Shown one piece after another: positions 25,771 to 40,118 of a stretch of 64,000 nt of DNA (positions are counted from its first letter, which is position 1; every line of letters begins with the position of its first letter). Source of the stretch: Marsupella aquatica (taxonomy: Eukaryota > Plantae > Marchantiophyta). The position numbers were made by a program, and so were the translations under genes. The notes under the pieces were generated by a model. It did not search any database and had not been told where the DNA came from. It worked only from the letters and a program-made list of their open reading frames with translations. Location: the NCBI GenBank assembly GCA_973895155.1, contig OZ316894.1, positions 9,585,440 through 9,649,439 of the forward strand, read 5' to 3'.

Positions 25771-27017
25771 TGCCTAGACTGCCGAATAACCTCCGGAAGA
25801 ATGATGACCACTGAGAGCTGAACCGGCCCAGCACAATCGCCCCTTTGAGCCCGAGCTCGGGTAACGGAAGAGACAAGTAGAGAACCTGTTGTACGTATCG
25901 GATGCTTGGAACTCTGTGATTGACGCCACCATGCAACCAATATTTCTATCTAGCTCTAGGCGCAAGCAAACGAGCTTGGAATTGAGAAAATCATCCCCGA
26001 CTGTCAAGTTCCCACTCCTACCAGATTTCCCACCAACATAGCATGAAAAGGATTGGGATTGGAGATTGCACCAGTGTAATGCGGGATATCAAAGCGGAGG
26101 AGAAGCAATACAAAAACGCTTATAACGGGAGAGTGCCTACCAATTTATTGAATCAAACAAATCTGATAACGGAATACCGCTGTCCTGTAGTTACAACTTT
26201 AAGAAGGGGCTTTAAATGCGCCAGAATCCTACGCTTCGTGATCAAGTTCCAGAAACGTCCTAGACCAAAGATCATTTCAGTTTTGGGGATATTGCTGTTA
26301 TCAACGCTCATTCAGGTTCTACAATTACCATGTGACCGTGGGAGGTCCGGCACGTAGAGAGGCATCAGCTATCTGGGTGGTCCGTTGCTCGGAGAGGGAT
26401 TGTGATCATGAATCTAGTTGAGCTAAAACAAAACCAAGCCATGTCACACTTAAGCAATTTTTGCCACTCTTAATAACACAGATGAGAAGGTTAATCGAGA
26501 CATCACCAACCGAGAGTGTGACCCGCCAAGAGCATATGTAGTTCAAGTGCCATATTCCAAATTGAAGTAGTCATCCACGCACTATGATGTGCAAGTACAT
26601 ATTTGAGGAATTCCGCGCGGTGATTATAACAATAGCAGCCGACTATAATTATGTTACCTCAGACAGTGGTCACAACTACAATGCCTATATTTACAGAGGA
26701 AAATGAGCAATTATGCCACGCAAATCCACACAACCTCTAATCATCTCGGGTGCACACGGCATTGAAACTGACTACGTTGGAAATTTCAGGATGGTGTTAC
26801 ACCCGGCCTATTAAAATGGCCTCCGCAAAAGATAGACCTTTGCGTCATGAGTCACTAGAGCAGTGCTTCCCGTCTTGCCACTATGTGGCGCAGCTGTCCG
26901 CCTCATCTGCTGCTCTGATGAATGCTTGCGATGCTGGGGCAAACAGTTGATGAGGTGAGGCGGAAGTTGATGGCCCTTCGGAAGATTATTTTGATGTGGC
27001 AGCTTCTCCAGATTTGT

Positions 27018-30000
27018 TCAGGTCCCGATCATCTGGCGTCTGATTTCTAGCTGGCATGACTTACCCGGTTTAAGAATCTCCACCTTCATGCCCTCCAGAT
27101 TTTCGCACATACTACTGCCAACAAAGCTACTTCCCGTCTGTAGAAACTCAAGCCCTTCAATTACCACATTATCTTTATCTTCTGCCTCGTTGGGAAGGGT
27201 CTTCTCGACAAGAGTTACCGTCTCCACCGCACCAGAGTTGAGTTCCTCATCATTCAAACTAAGGGACGCCAACTCCTGAATAGAAGCATCACCATTGTCT
27301 GGATGTTCAATTTGTACCCCTTTTAAGACATGTGGAGAATCCAGCTGGAAAATCTCTGAATTGACTCCGAGCGATTTTGTTGAATGTGAATTGCTGCTAA
27401 CCATGTCATCTGAAACAGCTTGTACCTGCAGAGGGCAAGTAGTCACTTCTCCGGAGAAAATAACCTAATAACAACCGTATTTGGAACAGAGAATTGCGAA
27501 TGGCTAGCTTCACAACGATAAACCACCCGCCATATTGACAGCCAATTCAAATTTGCAACTTCGTTTCATCAAGCGAAGACTCTGCAAGGAATAACATGAC
27601 TACTACGTCATCCAAAGGTTCAAGTCCGACAATCACGCAGAAGTATCGTCATCCTTTTATCTACATTTTGCTACAACATGCATCGCTTCTGAAAAACAAG
27701 AACTCACCCTCGCCAATGTCAAGTCAGCACCACTGCTAGTGAGAATACTAACAAGTTGATCAAAGTTTTCTGGAGTAGGACGGTAATGTCCACTGTGCGC
27801 CTCCATAAGCTGCGCGAGTCCGAGCACTTTTTTCAGAAACTGCCTTAAAACAGAGTTCAGCCACAATTTGTAGCAGATTACAGGAACTCGGGAGAATTTT
27901 AACCAGAGGCCACTCCATTGATCACTGCCTACTACTTAACTACCGACTAGGAAAAAGCGAATCAGCAAATGATCTCAGAGAACTCATACAATACTGTAGA
28001 TTGAAAAGAAATGGAAACCAGTTGGCCCAACAAGATTAGGATTTGGTCAAGTGCGGCAGAGGACTCTAGAGGAGGAGATCCACCCCAAAGGCGTGCTGCG
28101 TTTAATAGAGTTCGACCGAAAGTATCGATTGTGACACATACCTGAATCGTGCCGTCCTTCACAAGAAGTCGTCCTGCCGCTGTTGTGGCACCTCCAGCCA
28201 GAAAGCTTGAATGCTGAAAGGTTCCTTTCTCCTTCTATATAAAATCCAAAACAAGAACATTGTCTCACTGTCTAACTTAAAACGATCATCATTTTTCACG
28301 GAAAATGCTTTAGAAAGATCTCAGAAATATAACTCGTAAAATAAATAATTTCGAAAGGGATTTGGATGTCATCAACTTAAACAACAACTCGTCTGTTCCC
28401 TATACGTGTAACTAGGAGTGGTGCGAACTCTTTAAGACGCCTACAGAAAGCAGGCATCATGCTCAACTAGTCACCAGCTGGTATCTCTTTATAATAATTA
28501 AAATGAACGGCACATGTTACAAACCTTGCCCACATAAAGTTTGCCGGTGGTGCTCATGACAAATATCCATTTTTCACCTTTCGTAGTGTTGACTGGCTCT
28601 TGTGACATTTTGTTAATGAGTTTCCCGTTCTCGATTACCACTTCAAACCACAATCTCTCGTTCTGCGAGGACATGTCAAGGATATGTCAGCAGACTGAGT
28701 ACCCATTACTGTCTTCACAAGAACACACATGTATTTTACTTGTGTTATGCCATTTACATAGCAGACAATTCAGACAGACAAGGACCCTGACCCATAGCTA
28801 ATGCAATAAGAACGGAAAAATGCATTTATCATTTGCCAGTCATATTAATTCAAGAGAGTGGAGAATGAAATCAGATTGGGTAGGGTGAGAGGAACGCACA
28901 GGACTCAGATACCTAATAAGCTCTCTTTGCAACTTTGATCTCTTACAGCGCTCTATTTCTAAATTCTTGCCCTCTCCAATATCAAGCCTGCACACAAAAA
29001 GGTACACATTGTCATTCCCCTCCACTCATCTTGCAATGCTTGCTGGAAAATCATCAAGATGTAAAACACCAAGCCCAACAAGTTAAATTCAAAAGTAAAT
29101 ATCGTTTCCAAAACATTGAGCGTGGATTCTCAGCTAAATGAAAGGAAACTGAGCAACTCGGTATCGTGGATGTTACGAGAAAAGGCACTTAGAGTAAACG
29201 ATTCACACAATCCCTTAACCTTAGCACAACCGCGCAACTCAAGTTCAATGCACTTCCTCTTACCCTGCAATTTGGGTACTTGAGACAGAGTATTGGGTAC
29301 GCACCAGTAGAAGAATGGCTCCTGAGTTTGACTATTGCACCAAGCTTCATAATAGAAGTTGAGATTGTGACCATATCGATGTTTCGGATCTATCTGCATC
29401 CCAAGAGGACAACCATTTCAATTTCCCTTTACAAGAACTGTCTCTCGCCCATGCTGGCCTAGGGCTCCTTCGTAGACCATTAAAAGCCTATGGCTGAAGT
29501 CGTACTTATTGATTGTCTAGTACAGAGTGGGAACATTACTTTCAACTTAAATCGAGGTACAGAAGGCAAAATCGTTACAAATCAGCTATAAACAATTTAT
29601 ATGCATTCATCTAAGCGAACGGCTGCGATACATAGCGAGTTCCTCGTCAATAGTCGAGCTGACTCCAGAACTGAGGACTATTGGAAAGCATAAAATTAAT
29701 CCAGAACTCACCGCTTCAAGCCAATGCTGGAGAGATAATTTACGGGCCTTCTCATTCTTAGACAATCCTTTCCCAACCTGCGTAAACGATTGTCATAAAA
29801 CGCTAAGAAGATCTAATCCTGTGTTCAAGAGCGATCAAAAGTAATATCTTAAGGATTGAACACACTGCAGACATTCCCGACGAGTTACACAAAGAAGAGG
29901 ATAAGATGGAATACCTTGGCGGCTTTCTTTTTCAGCCTCAACCACCGTTGCGCTGCGTTTTGAGGAGTATTGAAGGCATAAAAATTGGATGAATTGTACT

Positions 30001-30655
30001 GCAGTATCGCACCGTCTACAACATTCCACCTGCAAGTCACACCGGCGGAGATCAAATATGTTACTTAAATTTCAAAGCTGTTGGTTACAATCTAGCAACT
30101 CTAGAAGTGATGCGACACAAGAAGCAGCTTACCGGACAGATCTCACAATTGGACATTACAATTGCTACGAGTGAATTTTTCAATTGTCGTTCCGGACTGG
30201 TGCTTTGCATGGAGGAGGATGGGACAGGGGAGCTTCCATTTCACAATACCCAGCTAACAAACATTAACCTAAAGTTCCAAGGGGCTTGGTGTGGCGTGAG
30301 CGGAAAACCACCAGTATCACATACCCCGAGGGTAATGAACAGAACTACGTTCCAAATGAATAACACTGAGTTCATCATGACCCAGGAGTGGCGAAGAATA
30401 GATACATCCACGGAAAGCCTACCAGCCAAACTTGTGCGCAATCGTTGCTGCGTCGGCAAGATTCCTTCGAGCTCGGTGGCCCCTAAATACTCTTTGCACT
30501 TCGACAGCCGCCGTTTCGCTCCTAATCATTTCTTCATCCAGCACTCCATCCAAATTCGTGGCCGACTTGCCTTTCGCAGTGTCATCAATCCCAGCCGGTG
30601 CACCCATCATCACCGTTTCTCCGGGACAGTTCTCTATCGCAACCATGTCGATCAT
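27018..30655 (-). CDS. IQ-motif calmodulin-binding protein (IQM family)
   Basis: IQ motif [20 protein letters not shown], plus IQM hallmarks [41 protein letters not shown] and HSGHYRPT across multiple GT-AG exons. The 3' end is uncertain. Confidence 0.9.
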
Positions 30656-31962
30656 AAGGATACCTAGATCCACAACTACCTGATGACCACTTCTTCAGAT
30701 CCCGCAAGGAACAATCCGAATTCACAACACCAGAGGTCTCCGACTAAAATATCATCACCTTCCGCCTTCCCTTCCCAAATCAATTCACCGCAACTTTCGA
30801 ACCAAAATCACAAGTGTCATTCCAACCCATCTCCCATTATATCCGGAAACACATCCAAACCCAGCCGAAGCTCTAGTTTCTAGCCCCTTCGCTCTCCCTC
30901 GACCGCGTCATCCTCGCTGCAGACGGTTTCCAGAGACCACTCCTCTCGCAGCTTGCATGCACGGAAGCAGCAGCATGAACGTCAACGACGGCACCTCCGT
31001 CCTGAAAGGACATCCAGCGCGTCAGACCTGCAACTCAGTCTGGGTGCGATGTGCATGAAACTCAACACCACGCCAACAACCTCTATTGTACGTGCTGATG
31101 ATGATGACTACAACATCGTCACAATCACAGGCAGACGTCGAGGAATCACTTGTGAAAGCAACCAAAGGCGCTCTGATTCGAACCACAGAAAATCTGCTCT
31201 CTCTAGTTGTTTCCCCTATTTTATTCTCCGCACATTAAAGAACTGATATGCTGCTCGGCTCCTACCTACGACCTTAAAGACTTAGAAGTACAGTAGCTTA
31301 AAGGCCCAGTGTACTAAGAGGCCACGCGCTTCTCTGCCGTTTCTTCCCACAGCAGACAGCATCCGCGTGATTCGCAGCTCATATTCTCTCTGTTTCTCTC
31401 TCTTTCACTCTCCATTTGAAGAGTCCTCTGCTGACCTAGTCGATTCCGTGGCCCACGGATTGATGCCGGGAGAATCTCCTCCGCCCCTCCTCTCTCGGCG
31501 AAGGCGGGGGAGCGGATCAACAGCCGCTCGTGCTGGCAGCAGAATTGCCGGCAGGGTGCGTGATGAATTGGATACGGGCACTGTCTGCACTATTACAGCT
31601 ACTACTGCAGGGTACGAATCGAGTCGAGTCGAGTCAAGTCGAGGTGAGCAGAGGAGTCTGAGGAGAGGAGAACAATAAAAAAAAATGGTGCAGTACCTCA
31701 GAGACTCAGAGACTCAGACTGATGATGCGCCATCGCTCCGATTGCTGTACAGCCGATTGAAGGCAGTCGAACGAGAGGATCACGGGACTCCTCGCCATTT
31801 CATTCGAGCATTTCGGCACAAACTGAACAGAACTTCTCCGCACTCTCCTCTCCTTCTCTCCTCTGCTTGGGTTTTCTTCTGAGTGCCCAGGGCGCAGGGC
31901 GAGCTTCACGAGGGAGAGGGCAGGGAGAGCGTGTCAGCACATGATTTGTCTCGTAAAAGAGT

Positions 31963-32250
31963 AGATTTTTTTGTACCTCGTTGGCGCTCAGTAGTGACCT
32001 CATCACTGTGTACTTATTATGCTTAGGATTCACTCCACTGACTCCATTCAAATTGACATGATTGTCAAGAGGAACGGCTTTATTACAGTCTCAAAGAGTC
32101 AAAGCTAAGGCTTCACAAGGGATTTTTTTTTTACCTCGTTGGGGCTCAGTAGTCAAGCTGAGTACTGTGTACCATAATGCTGGGGATTCACTCCATTCAA
32201 ATTGCCATGATTGTCAAGAGTAACGGCTTTATTATAGTCTCAAAGTTAAG
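31963..32250. repeat. ~150-bp tandem duplication
   Basis: GATTTTTT..TACCTCGTTGG..CTCAGTAGT...ACTCCATTCAAATTG.CATGATTGTCAAGAG..ACGGCTTTATTA occurs twice. Confidence 0.75.
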
Positions 32251-34214
32251 GCTTTCATCAGAGAGACTATTAGACTATTCCTTGGAAAGTCATTCTCTGA
32301 TCTTGTGTTGCTAGTCTATGTGATGCCCTGTAAAACATGCTCGTTCTCGCCTGCATGCTGCCCTGATGAACCTCAAACTCGTCATTCTCTAAGTGTCAAG
32401 TTGTCTGAACCCCACTAGTTTTTTGATGGGGATGTTCATATAAAAGAGAAGGCTCCAACATAATTCAAACCCGGGACCTCCCACCCCCCACCTCAAGCAC
32501 TCTACCATTATACCAAAGTCTCCTGGAAGAAATTACTAGCCAATTTTTGGTATCTGGATTGTTATCTTTGCACAGGGTTTGGGCATCGGGGTACCGTAGC
32601 CCTGAATAAGGCTTTAATGGGGCGTCTCAAAGCTTCTAAACTATAGATCATGGCATTTGGTTTAAAGGAATGGTCATAACTTTTTGCAAGAATTAAGAAA
32701 AATAAATTTGGTTTTTTTGTTTTGTATACCAACCTCTACGGTAACCAATAGTAATGGGATGAGACCAATCCTTGTGGGTAAAATTTATGGACTATAAAAT
32801 TCATAGACAATAACTTTTGTGTCCATAACCCGTACGTAACTAGGGAGTTAAGGTACATCAAATTGTCAGCATTGAGACTCCCTCATAGAGTTTCAGAACT
32901 TCATAGTTAAGGACAACTTTTGGCCATGAACAAATGGCCATAGCTTTTTCAGAGGTTAGATTATTTACAATTTCCTTTTTATTAGCCCTCTAGAGTGACC
33001 TATGGTCATGGGTGTATGACCAACAAATGGCCATAGATTTTTTACAGGTTAGCTTATATGAACATTTTCCTTTTTTATTTTCCTCTACAGTGACTTGTGG
33101 TCATGGGCATATGACCAGTCTAAAAAGATCATAAATTTGGTACTCCACAACTTTTTCTATCAGGAATAAGCATCAAATTTTGAGGTTTGAGATCCCCTTC
33201 TTTACCTCATTGGCGCTTAGGCATTGTACTGTTATTCTTGGCACTCACTCCTTTCAATCGAACACTACAGTCAACCGTGTAGAAGTGCAATGTGGATAGG
33301 TGCATTCCGGTTAGTTGTAACCGCACATACATAAAAGTGACAATTAATGGGATACTTTGAAGGAACAACACTCACTAATATGAAACAACACAATCAAATT
33401 TTTTTGTGGTCAGGAAGTCTGTTAAATTTGTGGGCACTTGCCATGTAGCACAGTCCACCGTGTGTTGTTACTAACTTGTTTATGTGTAATAACGTATCAT
33501 CAGGAGTGCATTCAGTGGTGGTTACGTGCAGGTTGGCCTTGTGTCAATAGTCTCCTAATGTTAGGGAGTATCCCGTGTAGACCCATCATGCTCTTCTGCA
33601 GGATAGGGCCAGTGCCCGTAATCTGGCCAGGGGGTGAGTTTGACTGGCACAGAGACTTTTCGATGAGGTCCTGATTTGGTCCTATAACATCAAGGCTGCA
33701 TTGGGGGAAACTGCCCATAGGGAAATGGCAAAATCTTGTGACACAAGTCTGAGTACTAGGCTTAGGGAGTGTCACACATTTTTTGGCCGTGTCCCTCCAA
33801 ACCTACTCCCGGACTGCCATGAGACTGCCCACATGCTATATTTTGAGATCTCCCTTTTGAGCCATTTCGTTTGTAAATGCACCAAAAATGCAGATGACAT
33901 TTGTGCAGGTTGACCATCACTAAACTATAAAAGTAGTGCCACTAAAAGGCAAACACATAAGTGAATTCTTTGATAAGTACAATAAGCAAGTACATAAAGT
34001 AGTTTGTATGTACTGATCCTAGTTGAATTTCCAATATGAGGACTCAAGGTATTGAGCCCAATATGTGTGACCAGACAACACAATGAAGAATTGCTTAGGC
34101 TATTTCCCATGACCTTACTGGTAGTACAGACAGTGCAATATGGAGGAAGTGCATAAATGATGTCATGTGCACTTAGTGCATTCTGTGGATGAGTGCTGGC
34201 TGGTCTTGTTTTCC

Positions 34215-34440
34215 CGGGTCACTGTAGTGATTCCCTTTCCCCAAAGTTTGCCCCTTTCCCCAAAGTTTGGCACTCACGCAAGTCACTCTTTTGGAACTTG
34301 GCACTCACTCCTTGAATAAACACTGTAGTTTTTCCCTTTCCCCAAATTTTGGCACTCATTGCTTTGGAGATTGGCACTCACTGCTAACTGCTTTGAATTG
34401 AAGACTGTAGTGATTGCCTTTCCCCAAATTTTGGCAATCA
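34215..34440. repeat. Degenerate short tandem repeat
   Basis: Recurring CCCTTTCCCCAAA(G/T)TTTGGCACTCA and CACTGTAGT units. Confidence 0.6.
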
Positions 34441-37129
34441 CTGCTGTGGAAAATTGAATGGGCATGTACTGTACTGATTCCTCTGTCTTTTTTGCCTTGA
34501 AAAAATTCAATGAATTTCATTCAAACTGATTCCTCTTTCTCCCAAATTTGATTTGTAAGTTGGAACCTAGAAAGCACTACAATGCCAAATCCAACCCCCC
34601 TCCCCCTTCGCTGAGAAAGGGTTTGCTGTGGTCCATCCAGGCTGCAAGTGTGTATGGCAGCCTCTGGACAACATAGAAGTCCATCCAGATTTCAATTTGA
34701 TTCTCTTATCCCAATTTCTGAGTTGGAAATTGAAAGTTTTCCAATAACTGCATGTGAAAAGACAGCCAAGATATACACAGTATTTAAAAATGAAATCAAA
34801 GTATGAAGGGAGTAATGACATACTTGGCAACGCTACTGAGGGTGGCCCTACTCTAATGTGCTCTTAGGGGAGGCAAATTAGAAGACCAGGGAACCTACAT
34901 GAACTAGCACAGGCTCAGTCAAACTGGTGTGCAAGACATTCACAGATTCACTATTTGAAAGGAAATTTTAGAGGGTATTTATTTGAAAAGATATGAGAAA
35001 TGTAAACCAGGGTTTTAACCACTTGCAAGCGGGTTGAGGGACTTGCTTAAAGGTGCTTTCAACTTAGGACAACAGAAAAGAAAAACAGTATTGTGATGGG
35101 GTGGAAGCTTATCTCACATATTAAAATCATTACTGTAGTGACACTTTTCTCAAAACGCATACGCCTGGGTTGTTTTGTTGCCTTTTAGCCCTCGTGCATT
35201 CCTACAGTGGTAGGAGGAGTTATATCACTTTGCACAATGACAAAAATGCCAAAAGGGGAGACAAGTCCCAAAGGCAAAGCTACCCAATAAAGGGAGGGAA
35301 AAGGGAAAAGGCCCCCAGGTCTAACAAGCCAAGGAGTACCCCACAACCAAAAAGGGACACAAATCCAAAGATCCCACTACTAAATGGCCTAGAAAACTAA
35401 TAACACCTTACTGGGCATAGAACTGAAAAGCCTAATAAAGCTCTGGAATAAACCAGACAAAGAAGAAGGAGGAGCCACCAGAGCCAGCGATGAAAGGGCC
35501 ACGGTAAAAGCCAGGCCCAAGTTAGAGGGGTCTGCCTGAGGGACCTGACAGGGCCAGCGCCGCAAATCAGTCTGTGGCAGAATCCTCAGCACTACCAGTG
35601 GCACCCACCCACCGAGCCAGCAGCAAACACCTCACAAAGACCAAAGATACCACACAAAGCCCAAGGAGAAAGAAGGGGGAGGAGGGCCGGCACCCTGCAC
35701 GGCCACAACCTTCCCACTGAATCAAAGCCATAGGCTTATCTCACATCTAAGAAGCATTACTGAATACTGAAGTGATACTTTCTCAAAATGCATACGTTTG
35801 GGGTCATATGCTTTTGCCTTTTAGCTCTTCAGTTATGCACTCCTACTGTAGGAGATGTGGGACCTGTAGTGATACAGTTCAAAGTAAAAGTATGAAGTCA
35901 AGTATCACTTTTAAACGTATCACTTCATGGAACATTACTTTGGCATTTTCTTAATAGAAGAGGCCTTCTTTCCTCTCAGCACTGCTTTTTATTTATTAAT
36001 TTTAAGCAAGGCACCACTGCTCGTTATATTGTAGTGAATCTTGGGCTTTAACTTTCACTGGGATTAAAGAAGTCTAGCAAGACAACCAACCAAACAAGAT
36101 TGTAATGAACCCCAAAGTAAGGAGCACCATGTTCGGCCTACTCCCCTAAAGTGTAGATGCTCTTTGTCTCTCTCCATGACTTCTATTGTGTAAAGGGGTG
36201 ACCCACATCACGATGTTGAGCAAGCATCCCTCTAACGCATGAACATTGTAATTACCATAGTGTCAAAAATGCCTGTTGTTTGCATGTGATCTTTTGTCGT
36301 GAAGAATTAAAATTTAAGTTAGACTATTTGGAGGCAGGTGACGAGTTCCACACTGAGCTATATTCTAGGCCCTGATCTGAAGAATCCACGGTCAGATTTT
36401 GAGAATCACTAGCTACATATATAAGAAGATTCATTACATAAGTACTTTGGGCGGTGCAGCCCCTGCACCCCTAGCCAAGTTTCACTCAACCAAAGTCATC
36501 AACCAGTTTGCATGACTTCAAGGGGTTCAGAGTCACATACAGAATCATCCATGAGATTCCATAGTTTACAAAGGATCTAGCTCTTGAAAGTTTCGTTGGG
36601 TAACATTTGACTATTCAAGTAAAGGACTAAGAATATCAATTGTACAATCGGCATCTTAATTGGTCCCATACTATTGTGGCATTTCTTGTGTTGTTCCTTG
36701 CCAACATGTTTATCAAGTTCAGGTTCTGGCAGAATGATGATAGATGGTTATAGTTGTGTCGGCCACATAGTCTCATTGAAAGGTCTGAAAATAACCTGGT
36801 ATCTCAAATACCCTACCTTCAAAGTGGCAAGATTTTGGGGTCCTTGGGGAGAGTCAAAACCTCAACTTCATCAACCTCCACCAAATTAGGTGCCTGCAAA
36901 AAAATGATTATCATATGAACTATCTTTGGAGATGAGCTACTTTGGTGGTCTAAAGAGGTCAGCCAGATTTGGCTAATACATTGGACTCTTTTTGTCCCTT
37001 GAATTGTTTGTCCTAAACTTCCATTCTGGTGTTGACTTTGATTTGCAAGAGGCAAAGTCAGAAACTGATACTCAGATGGACCACAACGTATGAGCATGCA
37101 ACATTGAGTTGGAGCATCAACTTCCGAAT

Positions 37130-37350
37130 TTGCACCATGGACCATATATAGGACCAGCCGGTTTCATAGGACCGTCACTATGTGTTTTGACTATGCACTT
37201 TGGTCTGTCTATTAGAATGGCTAGTCATCATGCTCAAGCTCAAGCAATCATAAATCTCTAACAGTGGGTACTAGTGTGCCTCAAAGAAGGCGTGCCCCCT
37301 TAGAGTACACCCATGTCCCACAACAGTTGTGAGGACACTACTGTAGATGT
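37130..37350 (+). pseudogene. 3'-end relic of the CRE-like retrotransposon
   Basis: CATGCTCAAGCTC...TCTCT.ACA.TGGGT.CTAGTGTGCCTC matches 21630-21780. Confidence 0.55.
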
Positions 37351-38326
37351 GGATCCTTAGGTCCAACTTGCATGTCATGGGTCCCTTGTTTTGCAGTCCT
37401 CAACTTCACACATGGCATAAACGTTTCATTGAGAGTACTCTGGAGATACCCCAGTGTCCAGGCTTATGCCAAGATAAAAACTGTAGAACCAAAGGCAAGG
37501 GCCCAAAACTTTCTGGACCTTATAGGTCCAGCCCATCCTTTCAATGTTAGATAAAACAAGTGTCCTGAGTAATTTGTAATGGACAACAACGAGTGAGAAG
37601 CTTTGCTTTACCAGACATTCTCAATTCGCCACGAACGAAGAATGAGATTGCAAGAATCGAACTTAACTTCTCAAGAATTTGAAGTATGCCGCTCGTTTGT
37701 TACCACGTTACTGCTCTTGTTCGGTTTCGACACGGTAGAGTCTAGAATTCCTATATACGAAAGATCTCTTGCATTACATGCTCACTTCGCCACGAACAAA
37801 AGAACGAGACTGTAATCTCATTTGTAGAAAAAGTTTCAACAATAGCATATTAGTGGTGAAGATGTTCAACCAGTCTGGAAGAGAACCTGACTATCTACTT
37901 TGGCATTTAAGCCTCAACTGCAGCTCTACAGTCCCCTGGCTCTCGTCGTCAACGTGTGGCGTGCCCTTCCAGAAGCACTCTAACTTATGTAGATTTGTCG
38001 ATACAATGATTTAGAATAAGGGGGTCGTAGACTTGGAGGGAAGTTGCCCTCTCCAGACATCACATTCGAAGCCGGAACAGAAGCCTTCCACTGAGATGTA
38101 CGAGAAATTCAACAGGCACCACGACCGCCTTAGACTAGGAGGGGAAGTTACCCACTCCAGACATGGGAATTACATTCAATGCCGGAACAGCCTTCCACTG
38201 ACATGTACGAGAAATTCAACAGGAACCACAACCACTCCTTGGGAGCTATATGAGATCCAAAAGGAAATTTGGCCCCATGGCACGAGATTGGGATCGTTCA
38301 AGAACAATTGTAGATTAACACCATAA

Positions 38327-38485
38327 TTGGCGGGTTGCAACAGCTGAGTTACACACCACAGCACAAACATGCTGAGTTACAGACCACAGCACAAACATTG
38401 GCGGGTGCAATAGCTGAGATGCACACCACAGCACGGACGTTGGCGGGTTGCAATAGCTGAGTTACACACCACAGCGCAAACATGG
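38327..38485. repeat. Tandem minisatellite
   Basis: Repeated TTGGCGGGTTGCAA.AGCTGAGTTACACACCACAGCACAAACAT units. Confidence 0.75.
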
Positions 38486-38647
38486 CCGGAAATCTAAATG
38501 ATGGGCGAGTTGTGCAACTAACAACTACCATCTACTGTAAGGCGGATCCACAGTAACATAGACGTTATCGAACACAAGAAGCACACTGCATTTTCAATTA
38601 ATGCTCTAAAGAAACCACGAAGCAGTTAACATAGTGAACAGATCACA

Positions 38648-39727
38648 CTATGTGCAGGCAGTGCCTGCAGCGATGGACTCCACATTCTTGGTCTGGAAGG
38701 CGAGGGCCTGGGCCTTCGCTGCCTCCGCAGAAACCAAAGCAGCATTGAACAGCGCAACGACCTTCATGTGGGAAATTTCGAACGCTCCTCGAATGTAAGA
38801 GTTGAGCAGGGAGGTTAACGCAGAGCTCAACAGCTCGTCGAAAGGATCAGTTCCATACTTCATCAATCCCTGCAATATTGTAGTTTGCCCGAACGTCTTC
38901 GTGGCCTGTTCCCCAAATGCATCTCCAACAGTCGACTCGACTGTGAAGAAACTTGGCCACATGTAAGTATGCTCGATCCAGTAGGCAGGACTGCACCCGG
39001 CTCCACCAGCCACAAAAGGCACTCCGGTGCTTGGGTAGGGCATCGTGGTAAATTGGCCAGATGTCCCTTGCTGAGGATACAGAGATTCCTGCTGAGAATA
39101 CTTAGACTGTGCGTAGTAACCTTGCTCGTATCTGTGAAGTAAATCGGTCTGCTGATTTGAGTCCTGATAAACCAAACTGTCGGTCGTAGTGGTGGGCTCC
39201 TGCGAAGCTCCAGCGTAAGTGGACTTCGGGTGATAGCCTTTCTTGTATCGACCTTTTACGGGATCAAACGTGAACTCGTCAGGCTGACTATCTGGCACTG
39301 GGTAATAACCATGCTCGTACCTGTGGGCCAAGTCATCCTGATCTGCATTTGTCTGCTCATCTGAGGTCTGAGAAACCAAACTGACTCCGTTCGTGGTCTT
39401 CTGCACACCTCCAGCATATTCAGAGTTCGGGAAATAGCCCAGCTTGTATCGACCTTCTTCGCGATCCATCGTGTACTCGTCGGGCTCATTATCTGGCTGG
39501 TTTCCAGTCGTATACTCCGTCTTCTCTGTGGTCGGGGTGGTAGTGGCATACTCTGGAGGGAGATGAGTGGTCGTCTCTGCAGGATCCTTCGAAGTGACGT
39601 TCAATTTGTCGTCGGTTTGATAGTATGAAGTCGCCGAAAACTTTTCGTGAGTTGTCGCTTCAGCCGTCAGAGCTGAATCTCCCAGGACGAAAACCATCAA
39701 CGCCAATGCAATCCACCTCCGACCCAT
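38648..39727 (-). CDS. Protodermal factor 1 (PDF1)-like secreted cell-wall protein
   Basis: Signal peptide MGRRWIALALMVFVLGDSALTAEA and a PDF1-type C-terminal domain (GCSPAYWIEH...WP...TVGDAFG...LLNSY...FNAALVSAEAAKAQALAFQTKN). Single exon with an internal Tyr-rich duplication. Confidence 0.8.
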   Translation of the reverse strand: MGRRWIALALMVFVLGDSALTAEATTHEKFSATSYYQTDDKLNVTSKDPAETTTHLPPEYATTTPTTEKTEYTTGNQPDNEPDEYTMDREEGRYKLGYFPNSEYAGGVQKTTNGVSLVSQTSDEQTNADQDDLAHRYEHGYYPVPDSQPDEFTFDPVKGRYKKGYHPKSTYAGASQEPTTTTDSLVYQDSNQQTDLLHRYEQGYYAQSKYSQQESLYPQQGTSGQFTTMPYPSTGVPFVAGGAGCSPAYWIEHTYMWPSFFTVESTVGDAFGEQATKTFGQTTILQGLMKYGTDPFDELLSSALTSLLNSYIRGAFEISHMKVVALFNAALVSAEAAKAQALAFQTKNVESIAAGTACT

Positions 39728-40118
39728 ACTGGCAGCTTGGCCCACAGGACCAATATTCTGGCACGCTTCCTGGCGTCCGCTTCTCCTGTGTGCAGCGTGC
39801 TTGCTCACTCTACAGACCCAATAATCTGAAATGCTTCCAGACCTCCTCTGCTCCTGCGTGCATCTTTAGCATGGACTTTGAGCTGCGTGGGGTGTAGCTT
39901 TAGCGTGAGTGGGATGCAGCTGTGAGCTTGTAGTGAGCTGAGCCGCTCGGCGCGATCTCCACAACCCACTCGGATCAGACAAGTCTCCGACAGAATAGGT
40001 CGAGTGCGCGGGGGACCCGCAAACTTTGCTTTCAGCCCGCAGTTCTCGCCGTTGGCGCAGCTTGGAGTCAACCAATCTGTCTTGTCTTCTTCTTCCTGAG
40101 ACAAGCTCCGCAAGAGCC